Part shown: positions 1-11,585 of the stretch, piece by piece
Position numbering within the stretch: position 1 is the stretch's first letter
Layout: each line of letters begins with the position of its first letter
Translations under genes and position numbers: made by a program
NCBI RefSeq assembly: GCF_004010195.1
Contig: NC_057752.1
Coordinates: 4,838,122 to 4,876,044 of the forward strand
Length of the DNA: 37,923 nucleotides
DNA from: Chiloscyllium plagiosum
Lineage: Eukaryota
Direction: 5' to 3'
Notes under the pieces: model-generated
The model's database searches: none
Told to the model about the DNA's origin: nothing
Seen by the model: the letters and a program-made list of their open reading frames with translations, nothing else

Positions 1-204
1 GGTCAGGTTTGTGGATCTTGGGAAGGAGGTAGAACCGGGCAGTGTGGGTTTCCCGGACTATGAGGTTGGAAGCTGTGGGTGGGAGATCTCCTGAGGTGAT
101 GAGGTTCTGTATGGTCTGGGAGATGATGGTTTGGTGATGGGGGGTGGGGTCATGGTCAAGGGGGCAGTAGGAAGAGGTGTCCTCGAGTTGGCGTTTGGCT
201 TCAG
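1..204 (-). mobile_element. Penelope-like element reverse transcriptase fragment (N-terminal RT region)
   Basis: Minus strand translates (with a frameshift) as ..EAKRQLEDTSSYCPLDHDPTPHHQTIISQTIQNLITSGDLPPTASNLIV..TARFYLLPKIHKPD. The FYxLPKIHK motif is typical of PLE RTs. Runs off the window edge and abuts an oppositely oriented pLTR. Confidence 0.88.
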
Positions 205-333
205 TGATGATGAAGGGCTTTTGCCCGAAACGTCGATTTTGCCTGTCCTCGGATGCTGCCTGAACTGCTGTGCTCTTCCAGCACCACTGATCCAGAATCT
301 GGTTTCCAGCATCTGCAGTCATTGTTTTTACCT
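205..333 (+). mobile_element. PLE pseudo-LTR 3' unit with clipped hammerhead ribozyme core
   Basis: (a)TGATGA-A-GGGC-TTTT-GCCC-GAAAC-GTC at 207-234 (C3 replaced at the junction), followed by ggatgctgcctgaactgctg...cagcatctgcagtcattgtttttacc. Near-identical to 32401-32526. Confidence 0.85.
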
Positions 334-344
334 CTTTGATCTAA

Positions 345-560
345 TACTCCAATCCCATTATAATAAAGACTAATGCAGAATTTACTTTCCTAATTGTTTG
401 CTGTACCAGCACATCAGCTTCTGTGATGACAATACCCAGTTGCTCCTGAAAACAAACATTTCCCAGATTCTCACCATATTTTTAAATATCTGCTTTTTAA
501 GTGGACAGCTTGACACTTATTCACATTATTGTTCATTTCCCAGGTCCTTGCCCAACTGCA
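345..560 (-). mobile_element. Degenerate CR1 LINE RT fragment
   Basis: Minus strand SWARTWEMNNNVNKCQAVH resembles the CR1 WAxxWQMxFNxxKCxVxH motif. Confidence 0.55.
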
Positions 561-879
561 AGCTTTTGGGTCGCCTTTAAAAGCAAAGACCTCAGCACAG
601 ATACTAGCAGATTAAAAGTCCAGATGAAAAATGCAGAAATACTGCATGTCTTCTTTAAACTGACTATTATTTGTAAGGCAAATTCCTCCTTTCAATTGCA
701 TGTACTTTTCTCAGTGTACAGTACAGCATCAGATAGAACTGTATGCATGTCCTGTATGCATATCCCTTGTCTGACAAAACACACTAGAAAACTATAAGCC
801 CAAGTTGGGGAAGGGGGAGACAATATGAAGACACAGTTGCTTCAGCCCAACATTACAGATTCAGAGGAAAATTGACCTG

Positions 880-1135
880 ACATATTAACTATGTTTCTCG
901 CTCTGTAGATGCTGCCAGATTTGCTGTGTATTTCCAGGGTTTGCTGCTTACGTTCCAATTTTTCTAATGGCTGAGCGGACAAATGGACCACTTTGTAGCG
1001 TTGACTTGAATCATAAAAACACTGACTTGAAGCATTAACCCTGTTTCTGCCTTCACAAGTAGTGCTTGGCCTGCTTATCATTTCCACATTTTCTGTTTTT
1101 ATTTCAGATCTCCAGGATGTGTTATTTCACTTTTA
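880..1135 (+). mobile_element. Two degenerate PLE-pLTR-related short repeats
   Basis: gatgctgccagatttgctgtgtatttccag and ttctgtttttatttcagatctccag resemble the pLTR tails seen elsewhere in the window. Confidence 0.5.
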
Positions 1136-1284
1136 CAACTATCTTCAATGTCACTGAGCTGGGGAGAAACAAGTCAGAATTCTCTCTTGATTACTATCCA
1201 GTGACTCCATCCTGCCCAGCTGGAAGATGAGTACCCTTTGTGGTTAAAAAGCCTTCCCATACACCCTGGTTAATGAGCACTTAC

Positions 1285-1393
1285 AGGAGATGCTGGAGAG
1301 TAGCCAGCAACCATTGAACCAAACCTTCGTCCGCATGAGTCAGGATGTGTCTGGAATGTAACAAGATCATTTGCATTTGCTGCAAGCTCTGTC
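1285..1393 (-). CDS. Candidate internal exon of an unidentified host gene (109 nt)
   Basis: Acceptor tttctgttcgatcacAG, donor CCT|GTAAGT. Open as (M)TELAANANDLVTFQTHPDSCGRRFGSMVAGYSPASP; phase-compatible with 2707-2832. No homology recognised. Confidence 0.33.
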
Positions 1394-2004
1394 CTGTGAT
1401 CGAACAGAAATATATTTAATTGGATTTCAGAGCCCAGCAAATCCACAACGGAGATGACACCACAATTCCTAAAAATATCAACTAAATTAATACTTTCCTT
1501 CAAGTCTTAAAATGATTGAAGTAACATTTTGAGACCTATTTTAAAATAGTGTTAAGGACCGTCTGTCACTTTATTTGGAAAACACAAATGCAGCTTTGAT
1601 GAAGGCAAATGTCTGAATGAGGAAATACTGGCTCCATTCAAATCCACTCATTATACAAAGAGCTACCTGAATTGCTGTTGGCTTCAATAGTGTCTTAATA
1701 ATATTGCACTTTTATCAAAGTGATTGAGGTTTCTGCTCACCGCCCCAATTTCCTTTTAGAGTACTAGCGGGCAATAATCAATATATCTCAGAATGTATTT
1801 CAGCATTATCAACCCAGATGTGCACATGCAAATCCAATTCACTATCAAGCAATTCGAGCATTGCTTTTAATGCTGGCCAAATATGATGAGAGACAATGTA
1901 TGTTGGCCCTGCCAGCAACACACCCACTTCAATGAATAAATAGTAGGACTTCTCAAAAGCCTTGGTAACCCTGTAAACAACCCTCTACTGCCCCCACCCA
2001 CTGC

Positions 2005-2690
2005 CATTATCATCACAAGCAGTCCCTCACAGACCAGGATGACTCTTCCACTCTCAGGGTGAGTCCGTAAGTGACTGTACAGTGATGTGGCTACAACAGG
2101 CTCTGGTACACTTGTGGTGGTTGTGGGAAGGAGTGGGTGGGACGGTGTGGCAGCAGGTTCCTTTCTCTGTTTTCTCCGGGCATCTGTTTTTTCTCAACAG
2201 CAAGTCTCAAGGTGTTCGATGCCTTCCTGGATGCTGTCCATCCACTGTGGATGGTCTTGGGCTAGTGATTCCCAGGAGTCAATGGGAATGTTGCACCTCG
2301 CTAATGAGACCTTGAGGGTATCCCTGAAGCACCTCCTCTGTCCACCTGGGGCTTGCCTGTCATTTCAGAGCTGGGAGGAGAGCACCTGCTCGGGGAGTCT
2401 AATGTCGGTCATAGGGACACCGTACCCAGCCCATCGTATCCGATCAAGGTGGTGGTGGGGTTGGGTGGTCAGTGCCTTGATGCTGGGGATGGTTGAGGAC
2501 GCTGGTATTGGTGCATCTGTGTTGGTGTGACTGCTTCAGCACCTTGAGGTCTTTGCTGTAGACAGTCCAAGTCTCTGAGCCATATAGAAGGGTGAGACCC
2601 ACCACAGCTCGGTAAGCCATGGCCAAGGACGGAGTGACTCTCATCAAAGACCCACCACCACATGCTGGAAATATGGAACACACTAACTGC
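2005..2690 (-). mobile_element. RTE-clade LINE, 3' fragment
   Basis: Minus strand YRAVVGLTLLYGSETWTVYSKDLKVLKQ (LLYGSETW is an RTE hallmark), followed by frameshifted RLPEQVLSSQL..APGGQRRCFRDTLKVSL. Confidence 0.85.
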
Positions 2691-2706
2691 AGTGGGAATT
2701 ACATAC

Positions 2707-2832
2707 ATTTTGTTGACCGATATGTTGTGTAATTTTTGTGCCTGAGAGTTTAGTGCTGGCAAAAATTTCAGTTCAGCACTCAGTAACTGCAGGTGTCCCA
2801 GGTCAGTACAGCTGAGCGTAAGCTGCTGTACC
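2707..2832 (-). CDS. Candidate internal exon of an unidentified host gene (126 nt)
   Basis: Strong acceptor (T-run then AAG), donor AAT|GTATGT. One open frame only: VQQLTLSCTDLGHLQLLSAELKFLPALNSQAQKLHNISVNK(M). Lies in non-repeat sequence. Confidence 0.38.
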
Positions 2833-3554
2833 CTTAAAAAAAAAAGGACTGGCATTGCCCTTCTTTATACCAGCTCAGTATGCAGGAGATCTTTTCACTT
2901 TGATGCTCCTATATTTTGGATTGTAGGGGTTTGACACGATGCAATGGTTTCCCATATTTGTGTTGATCCCTCACCCCAATGGAAGAATTATTTTAGCTCT
3001 GTGAAATTGTGGGGAGTTACACAACATGACTTAAATAAAGTTTCAATTGGAAAAACGCCTCAAGAGAGGACGCATGAGAGGCACTTTTGTATTGTGAGCA
3101 GACTAAGGAGACTTTCAACCATCGGTTCTGGCTGGATTTATGCCCTAGTTACAAAGGTAAAAGGCCAAAGTTTAATCTGCAATGTCACATGCAGCTCTTT
3201 CAAAGATAGCAGATTAATCAATCTATTGTATGTTTATAAGTTCAAAGGGATAAAATTAGAATAATCTTATTTGCCAGTCATAGTCCCTTGTTTTCAAATT
3301 TTGACTGATCTATTTTTTTAAACCTCACTTGCATTACTATGTTTTATTTGAAAAAAAAATGTTTGTCTTTAAATTGATAACTTTGTCAGCCCATGCAATC
3401 ACTTGAAATGTCACAAAGGTTTGCCTCTGCTACACCCATGGAATAAATAACTGGTGTAATCTGTAGAGCACAGACACAATCACTAAGTGTCCCCACACTT
3501 AATTGTTTGCTACATCTGCCTCCTCCATCCAACTTCCACAATTACCCCTGGTAT

Positions 3555-3945
3555 CTACATGGAGAGACTGCAGTTGATTTCCTTAGAGCTGTAAAGGCTA
3601 AAAAGAGATTTCATCAAGGTGTTTTAAATCATCAAGAGTTTAGATAAATTAAGATAATAGAAACTGTTTGCCATGGCTGAAGGTTTGACAACCAGACAAC
3701 AAATAATTTAAGGAGCTTGGTAAATGTACCTGAGGTCACATGAAGTAAAAAGCTTTTTTTAAAACTGCAGTCAGTGGTTAGGATTTGGAATACACAGTGA
3801 TTGATATGATTTCAATTGTAGATTCCAAGAGGAATAGCATAAATACTTGAAAAAGAAAAGAAATATAGGGATATGGGGAAAGAGCAGGAAAGTGGGACCA
3901 ACTTTGAAGGGCCAAATGGCCTCCTTCTGTGCCGTACCATTGTAT
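3555..3945 (+). mobile_element. Degenerate CR1 LINE 3' end
   Basis: ..LKRDFIKVFxIIKSLDK.. and the 3' UTR ending gggccaaatggcctccttctgtgccgta. Confidence 0.7.
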
Positions 3946-4263
3946 GTTTGACATGTCAAGTCAGTTCTGTTCCAAATCATAACAACTGAAAGATGGATTT
4001 TGCTTAAACCCAATTCACTTCCAGCTGAAAATAAGCTATAGTTGGAGAAGGGTGAATCACTCTAGCTGCTTGTTATGCTACTACTGATCAGTTATTCATT
4101 ATCTTGCTCAATAGTAACACTTGATCTCCTAGAGAAGGCAAAGACAATAGGCATAATTGATTTTCCTCATTGCAGAAGTTTCTTCTATTGATTGTGGAAT
4201 AACATTGGTAAAGATGATGGAAGTAGCAGTGAGTTGATTTATAGAATATCCTACATTCAAGCT

Positions 4264-4593
4264 GGGCTAGCACAGTGCCTCAGTGGTTAGCACTGCTGCC
4301 TCAGTACCAGGGACGGGGTTTGATTTCACCCTTGGGTGACTGTCTGTGTGGAGGTTGCATTTCTCCCTTGTCTGTGTGGGTTTCCTGCCACAGTCCAAAG
4401 ATGTACAGGTTAGGTGGATTGGTCACGTTAAATTGCCCATAATGTTCAAGGATATGCAGGCTAGGTGGGTTAGCTATTGGAAATGTAGAGTTACAGGGAC
4501 AGGGTGGAGTGGGTCTGGGTGGGATGGTGTTCGGAGGGTCAGTGTGGATTGGATGGGCTAAATGGCCAACTTCCACACTGTAGGGATTCTATG
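4264..4593 (+). mobile_element. HE1-like tRNA-derived V-SINE
   Basis: tRNA-like head (cagtggttagcactgctgcctca), V-domain (gtgggtttcc..cacagtccaaagatgt.caggttaggtggattgg), CR1-like tail (ccacactgtagggattctatga). Confidence 0.9.
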
Positions 4594-4796
4594 AAGTTAC
4601 TCACTATTTCATCCAGGCTATGCCAGTTGTTATGCCTATCACCTTGTGGATGTGAAAAAAAAAATAATTGGGGCAAAAATACTGCGGGAAAGCAAAATAA
4701 AAACAAACTGGGGTGCCAGCTTATTTACAAATCATGGTCTGGGAATCCCTGGTCACCTTCATGTTTTTTCTCCAACTCTATTTGTTAAGTATTGTC

Positions 4797-5449
4797 TTTT
4801 TTTATAATATTTTTATTAAGAAAAAATAGATTTTTAAATATTACAGCAAATACAAAACAATGCAATTCAAAACAGTACAAAACTAAACCCAAATAATAAA
4901 AACAAATTCCCCAACCCACCCTCCTATATGAATGTATAAACATATATAGAGAAGTATAAAATTTAAAAAAAAACCTAAATTAGCTATTTAACTAAATAAA
5001 TAAATACCTAACAACAAACAAATAAATAGTAATAACTCAGCCCAGCCAAACAAAACACTCATACATTCACAGTTCCTCCTCCCTGGATATTGGACTCATA
5101 AAACACAATCATTACGGCTATATAAAAGCCCTTGTTAGTGTGGCAGATAAATCTGTGTCCAGGTATTTCAAAAAGGGTTGCCATGTCTTGTAAAAATTCT
5201 CAGTTTTGTGGTGTACCATATTTGTGAGAAAATCCAAGGGAATATGCTCCATAACAATCTTCCGCCAACCCGACAGGCCTGGGGGTTTTCTGATATCCAA
5301 CCTAGCAAGATATTCTTCCTTGCACATAACGTAAGAATATTGAAAAGTTTTTTCTTATGCATGTCTGCAGGAAATACAATGGGTAGGCCCAAAAGCAGAG
5401 AATTAGGGTCCTTCTCCACCCCTACACCTAAAATCCTCTCCATTGCACC
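4797..5449 (-). mobile_element. 5'-truncated L1-clade LINE with poly(A) and 14-bp TSD
   Basis: ORF2 C-terminus ..ARKNILLGWISENP/PGLSGWRKIV..FYKTWQPFLKYL (one frameshift), 3' UTR, AATAAA and poly(A) near 4797-4816. TSD TGTTAAGTATTGTC at 4783-4796 and 5450-5463. Confidence 0.9.
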
Positions 5450-6949
5450 TGTTAAGTATTGTCAACGTTAAAGGAGTTACATAATGAAAATTGCCCAATT
5501 TAAATTTCAACAAGAAGTACAGAGTCTTGAAATCATTTATAATGCCATTTGTACTGGGAAAGAGGAATAAGTAACAGAGACAAGGTTTATATTCAAGGTC
5601 GGGAAGTCCTATATTAACCATGTCCCTGATCAGGATGATCTCTGCATTTTGAATGTGACTTTTTATTTCTTTTCAGAAACCCCTAAGAGTATCATGGTTC
5701 TGTTTTTTTCTAACAAAGAGAATTGAATTAATGGTCAAGAGACACCAGTTCTGCACCAACTGTAGTAGCTAGGAGCCAAGAATGGTGGACATCGGGCGTA
5801 AGAGGTCGCCATGCATGAAGATAATGCTATTACAAATCCACAAGTAAAATATCCATCAGAATCACTTGTGTTTAAAAGGGGAAATCATTGATGAGGTCAA
5901 CGAACGGAATTCCATTGTATTCTTAGCTGGTCACAGGCAGAATTATAGTTTAAGTTCCTGTGGTACGTTGTAGCCCAGAGCTATGAATAGTGATGATAGA
6001 GGCTTCAACGTTCTTTCCATTGCATGGCTGACCAGGAATTCCTCCTACTGTTACCACCTGCCACTGGAAACATTTGCAGGTTGATACACAACCTGTTATA
6101 AACACACCTTCCTTGGCCATCAAATCCCAGAGGTGAGCCTCGAACCCGGATTTTCTGTCTCAGAGACAGGAACACTAGCCAAAGGCCTCCCTTCACAATC
6201 TTTTAGTTTCTTGTATTTTACAAGATTAGTTTCGGTGCATACCTCTGAAAATGATCTGTCTGCCCTCACCCTAGTTTACTGCATGTAAAGACATCTGCAA
6301 CTGGACAGTGCATAGACTGAATAAAAAAAACTACATGGTGTGGTATGGAATCTGACAAATTGCCACTCTAAGCTGTAGAACTTAATTTAATTAGATAACT
6401 GAACTTCAGAAAAAAGAAGTATCCACAATGGTGACCATGAAAGTTCTGGATTGTTATAATGGATAAGAACTACAGCACTACATGGAAAAGTTACGGGAGA
6501 AGGACTAGCTTAGTACAGATGACAGGCCAAATGACCTTTTTCTATGCTGTAACCATTCTCTGAAACATTTGTGTCATGTTAAGGCAGAACTACAATGTAC
6601 ACAATTCCAGGCAACATATTGAAAGCAGGTTTTAAGGACAATACAATTCATGGAAGTTATGAAGTTATCAAATTCAAAAGTTTAAAGCAGTTTATAGTGA
6701 TATGATCACACTATGAGAACATTGTGTCTGCTCGTTCACGAAGTTAAGCATGCAGCTATCTCTGTGTGTGGGCAGACTGTCACTGAGTCAGCAATGTGTG
6801 GAATGTTAGATATCACCAGTTATTGGTTCCTGCAGAGTTCAGCAATGCAGTACAATGTTACAAAGGAACTGAATAATTTCACGGACACTACATTAACCTT
6901 TTTGTGAAGGACTTGGCAAAGGTGACATAAAACAATTATTTTGGGTGTC

Positions 6950-7150
6950 TATTGGCTCAATGGGTAAATGTGCCACCCAAGGCTGGCAAGCAATGAGAGT
7001 AGGAAGATCCCAAGTGCAATCCCTCATCTGTGCAGAGTTACCCAGCATCAGCCAAATTGTAACTGCAGAGCTGCAATCATTGACTTTGTTTCTGAGTGGG
7101 CTAAAATCAGCTGCTCTCTACCATTATGCATTCATTCTGTTGGAAAGTAG
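6950..7150 (+). mobile_element. Degenerate LF-SINE-like element
   Basis: tggctcaatgggta head, then tctgtgcagagttacccagcatcagcc...aaaatcagc, resembling my recollection of the LF-SINE consensus. Confidence 0.45.
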
Positions 7151-7204
7151 ACAAATGAGTGGCAAATGTGGCCGCTTGATTGGCGCCCCAACACCTATCT
7201 TAAA

Positions 7205-7500
7205 AATATTCACTTCAACCACAGTGGCAGCAGTTTGTACAGGATATACTGCAGCAACTTGCAAAGCCTGTGACCTCTACCCTTTCGAAGGATAAGGAAG
7301 GCAGAGCCATAAGAACATAGGATCACGATGGCAACCAACATCCTGTCTTGGAAATATTTCACTGTTCTTTCATCGCTGCAAGACTTTGGAACTCCTTCAT
7401 TAACAACACTGTGGAAGAGCTTCACACGCAGCCTGCAGTGGGTACAAGAAGATGATTCCCTATCACTTCACAAGGACAGTTATGAATCATCAACAAATGC
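7205..7500 (+). mobile_element. Degenerate CR1/L2-group LINE 3' end
   Basis: cttggaaatatttcactgttc..ctgcagtgggtacaagaag..caacaaatgc; same family as 10858-11580. Confidence 0.6.
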
Positions 7501-7503
7501 CAA

Positions 7504-7838
7504 TCATGGAATCCCTGCAGTGTGGAAGCAGGCCATTCGGTCCATTGAGTCCATATCTATCCTTTGAAGAAGAGGATCCCACCCAGACCCACCCCCCTAT
7601 CCCTGTAACTCTGCATTTCCCACGGCCAATCCACCTAACCTTCACTTCCTTGGACACTATGGGCAGTTTAGCATGGCCAATTCACCTAACCTGCACATCT
7701 TTGGACTGTGGGAGGAAACCAGAGCACCCAGAGGACATCCACACAAACACGGGGAGAATGTGCAAGCTCCACACAGACTCTCACCTGAGGCTGGAATTGA
7801 ACTGGGGTCCCTAGCAGCAGTGCTAACCACTGTATACC
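7504..7838 (-). mobile_element. HE1-like V-SINE
   Basis: Reverse-complement V-domain cacctaacctgcacatctttggactgtgggaggaaaccagagcaccc and head gcagcagtgctaaccact. Confidence 0.92.
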
Positions 7839-8304
7839 CACATCCCATGAATTACATTAAGGGACTAACAATATTTCAGTAAGAGTCAGTATCTTCAATT
7901 GGGAGGAAAATGGTTGATTTTTTTTTTAAAACAAAGAGGGTGTGGCTTTTAAAAAACTGATACTTGAGAATTGTCAGGCATGTAATCTTGAGCAATCTTG
8001 GCACCAACGAAAGCCTGCTTATCTGTCTTCTCCAGATCACTTTAGGTAACCAGCAAACATGTAGAGATTATATATGGAGCCGTCATTAGACAGACAGCAC
8101 GTACAAGGAGCACCTCCAGGATCGTGGTACTGTGAGAGGACAATTAAAAAGAAAAGGGGAGTTAAATTGGATAGCCCTGAAGAACATAGGGTTCAGCATG
8201 CACGATCACCCTGCACACAATTCAGGAATTGTAGGCATCATAATGTGCTGCCTGTATATTACCACAATTGCTGCATCCAGCATGCATTAAACATACTGTT
8301 GAGG

Positions 8305-8468
8305 AGCAAATTACTGCAGATGCCGGAATCTGTACTGAAAACAAGAAATGCCAGCAATCAGTGGGTCAGGCAGCATCCATGGAGAGAGCAAGTTAACATT
8401 TCAACTCAAAACATTAGCTTGCTTTCTGTCCTGACCCGCTGTGATCTCCAGCATATCTTGTTTTCAAA
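8305..8468. mobile_element. Degenerate PLE-pLTR-derived inverted repeat
   Basis: tgaaaacaagaaatgc..gggtcaggcagcatc..gcaagttaacattt is mirrored by aaacattagcttgc..cctgacccgc..gcatatcttgttttca. Confidence 0.6.
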
Positions 8469-8639
8469 CATGCTGTTGAGTTGTTGTCAGCCTCAAGCTG
8501 GGGGTCCAAAAATAGAGAGGTGGTAGCACCATTGAAACCAGCCTGCACTGCATAATGCATTTTCTTAAAAGGGAGATTCATTGTGGCTCAAGTAGGTGGT
8601 GAAGTCCCTCTACACCTCCATCTGATGTGGCAAAAGTCA

Positions 8640-8860
8640 TAACATGAGAAAGAAGATTTTTAAGGCGCTTGGATGTTGCAATAGAGGCTTTGGCAGAAGA
8701 TGCAAAGAATAAGAGAAGTAGATGCAAGAGGTGATGAAGGCTTGCAGCCAAAATGGTCAGATAGTTGCAGTGGTGAACGCCAGGAATCTAACTCTTATGA
8801 CCCAGAATGCAATGCCACAAGAAGTTCAATTACCTCACACAATTGATCAAAGTGAATGGA
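8640..8860 (+). mobile_element. PIF/Harbinger-type Myb/SANT-like ORF relic
   Basis: Frameshifted QIVAVVNARNLTLMTQN / MQCHKKFNYLTQLIK matches the W..IA..VN......RT..QC.KK..DL pattern of Harbinger Myb-like proteins. Confidence 0.6.
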
Positions 8861-10049
8861 TTTGGGCCTCAGGCACTGCTCAGTTCGTCACATCCCTATC
8901 GCTCACCTCCTAACAATCTTTATCAATCAAGACTCATACCTAACATTCATATGCTACACCTCCCCCTCCCCCCACATATAGCAAGCCTCAAACCCACAGC
9001 TCTCAGGCACTGCCAGTAATTCACCCATCTCTTGCAGGAAATGGTTGCACATAACTGGAGACAGCAGAAACTAACAGAAAGGGGAATACCATGCTTTCAT
9101 AACCTGATTACCACGGAGGGTCAGGGCTTACTGTCATTAGAGCAGCCATTTCTGAAGTTATGGTGAGCAGCAGGGCTGAGAACTGGTAAGATAATGGGGG
9201 GGGTTCTTCTTGTACAAGGTACTGTCAATGGTTCTGAAAGAGTCAATGTTGAAGTTGCATTAGCTCCACCCAATCTGATAATGTCTTCGGGGACAGACTC
9301 GGACAGTCTCACGTGAGATCTCATTGGAGACAGATGTATCACCTCTGGTTCCCAATAGTTCTAATTCTGCCGATCTAGTTAATGTTATTTGCACCTATTG
9401 GTATCGTGCAATAAACTACACATTGTTACGCAAATCAAATGGCTCTTCCTGTTAAAGACTCAATGATTTATCCTCTGCCACTGATCATTAGACAGGCAAT
9501 TTGACTCCACATAGTGAGGTACAGCGAGGATTGGAATGCATTACCTTGGGTATTCTGATTTAGGAAGTTTCCATTTTCTTTCGTAAGTTACTGTTAACCA
9601 TTAGTTTACATTTTTGTTACAGTGCCCCAGCAGGGACTATCTGCCATTGTTGGTATTTCTGACTGGAAGGGTAGAGGGAACTTTATTCTGTATCTAGCTG
9701 CATGCTGTATCTGTCTCAGATAAGGACAGTATTGAGGTAGCTTCATTTTCAGTATAAAAGAGAAGACGGAACACTAATCTGTTCCTAACCCCATGCTGTC
9801 CTGGGAGTATTTAATAGAGACCACGTTGAGAAAGCCTTACTTCCATTTTAAGAGAGTAGAGAACTTTACTCTATCTAACTGCTTGCTGTCCCTGTGCTGG
9901 GAGTATTTGGTATTTGATGGGGACAGTGCAGAGGTAGCTTTACTCTGTATCTAATCCCTGTGCTGTCCCTGTCCTGGGAGTATTTGATGGGGGACAGTGA
10001 AGACAGAGCTTTACTCTGTATCTAACCCCATGCTGTCCCTGTTCTGAGA

Positions 10050-10282
10050 CAAAGTTAAAATCACCCAACGCCAGGTAGCTGTTTGTTCAATATATCATTT
10101 CACCTGCATGGCACTGTAATCTTTTGCTATAAATTGTGACTTATGATCCTGCTGCATAGCTACCTGATGAAGGAGCAGTGCTCTGAAAGCTAGTGCTTCC
10201 AAATAAACCTGTTTGACTATAACCTGGTGTTGTGTAATGTTTAAACTTTGTCCACCCCAGTCCAACACCGGCTCCTCCACAA
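10050..10282 (+). mobile_element. Non-coding PLE pLTR unit (family B) with short 5' inversion and TSD
   Basis: 5' gacaaagttaaaatcacccaacgccaggt is inverted relative to acctggtgttgtgtaatgtttaaactttgtc (10222-10252); ~29-nt tail. TSD CCTGT(T/C)CTGAGA at 10038-10049 and 10283-10294. Confidence 0.8.
10161..10195 (+). ncRNA. Minimal type I hammerhead ribozyme (family B)
   Basis: tac-CTGATGA-A-GGAGC-agt-GCTCT-GAAA-GCTA-gtg; palindromic AGCT in place of stem III; predicted cleavage after A10192. Confidence 0.78.
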
Positions 10283-10857
10283 CCTGTCCTGAGAGTGTTT
10301 GCTGGGGACAGTGTAGAGGCAGTTTTACTTTCAGTTTAAAAAGAGGGTGTGCTGAGCACCACAGAGGCTGGGGTGCATCATCACTCTGGAGAGTATGCTA
10401 TTTTGATTTGTTAAATTTCCATTTACCATATTTAGATTATGTTGACCATTTGGTTTGTATTTTAGTTCCAGTGCCCCACTGATTAACCCAATTATGGTTT
10501 CATTTGAAAAGAGTGGGGAAAAAAAAGAAGAGGATCTGGTGGGCACTGTAGAGGCTGGGGTGCATCGTCACCACAGACAATGTTATTTTGAATTAGAAAG
10601 TTTCTGTTCATGTTTTACAAGTTTCTGTTAACCATTTGGTTGTGTTTTTGGCATAGTGCCAGGGGCTGTATAACTACTTGTAAATGATTTCACTTCAAAA
10701 GAGTAGACAAGGAGGATTTTTTTGATAAGTTTCTGTTCCAAGTCAGTAAATTTCTAATGGAGATTTTGTCCTACAGAGCCCCACCAGATCTAACCTGATG
10801 CAATTTTCTTTTTAAAAGAATGGAAGACTGGTGGCTGTGAACTATGCAATCACATGT

Positions 10858-11580
10858 TATTTTTATTTATTCGTACGATGTGGGCATCACTGGCTGTGCC
10901 AACATTTATTGCCATCATAGTTGCCTTGGAGCATGTGTTCCCAAGCATCTGCTGTTCTGCAACTTCTAGGTGATAGAGGTCACAGGTTTAGAAAGTGCTG
11001 TCAAAATATTCTGTCGAAATAAGTAGTGCTTCATGTAGATGGTACATACTGCTGCTACTGTGCGTTGATGATGAAGGGAGTGAATGTTGAAGGTGATGGA
11101 TAGAATGGAATAAAATCCCTACAGTGTGGAAGCAGGCCCTTCGGCCCAACAAGTCTACACCGACCCTCTGAAGAGTAACCCACACAGACCCATTCCCCTA
11201 TCATCCTATATTTACCCTTGACTAATGCACCTAACCTACACATCCCTGAACATTGTGAGCAATTTAGCATGGCCAATTCACCTGACCTGCACATCTTTGG
11301 ATTGTGGGAGGAAACCAGAGCACTCAGAGGAACCCCACGCATACACAGGGAGAATTTGCAAACTCCTCACAGGCAGTCACCAGAGACGGGAGTCGAACCT
11401 GGGTCCCTGGTGCTGTGAGGCAGCAGTGCTAACCACACCATGCCGCCCATAAATATAGGGCCAATCAAGTGGGCAGCTCTGTCCTGGATTGTGTCAAGCT
11501 TTAGAGGCGCACGAATCAAGACAAAGGGGAGAATATCCCATCATACTTCTGCCTCGTGTCTTTTAGATGATGGCTAAACC
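10858..11580 (-). mobile_element. CR1/L2-group LINE 3' fragment interrupted by a V-SINE
   Basis: 3' end gatgtgggcatcactggctgtgccaacatttattgcc; resumes after 11450 with ccaatcaagtgggcagctctgtcctggat. Confidence 0.7.
11104..11448 (-). mobile_element. HE1-like V-SINE
   Basis: Reverse-complement V-domain and head ..gcagcagtgctaaccacaccatgccgccc. Confidence 0.92.
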
Positions 11581-11585
11581 ACTCT

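Larger units (their letters stand above)
9665..10330. repeat. Degenerate ~60-70 bp tandem repeat array interrupted by a PLE unit
   Basis: Unit ~ gggacagtgtagagg.agctttactctgtatctaaccccatgctgtccctgtcctgggagtatttgat, about six or seven diverged copies. Confidence 0.85.

Noticed and set aside
9121..9360. Minus-strand ORF ending near a GTAAGC donor
   Set aside because: No credible polypyrimidine acceptor and no recognisable homology.
9665..10330. CRISPR-like array
   Set aside because: Units are contiguous and degenerate, with no unique spacers and no cas genes; the context is vertebrate.
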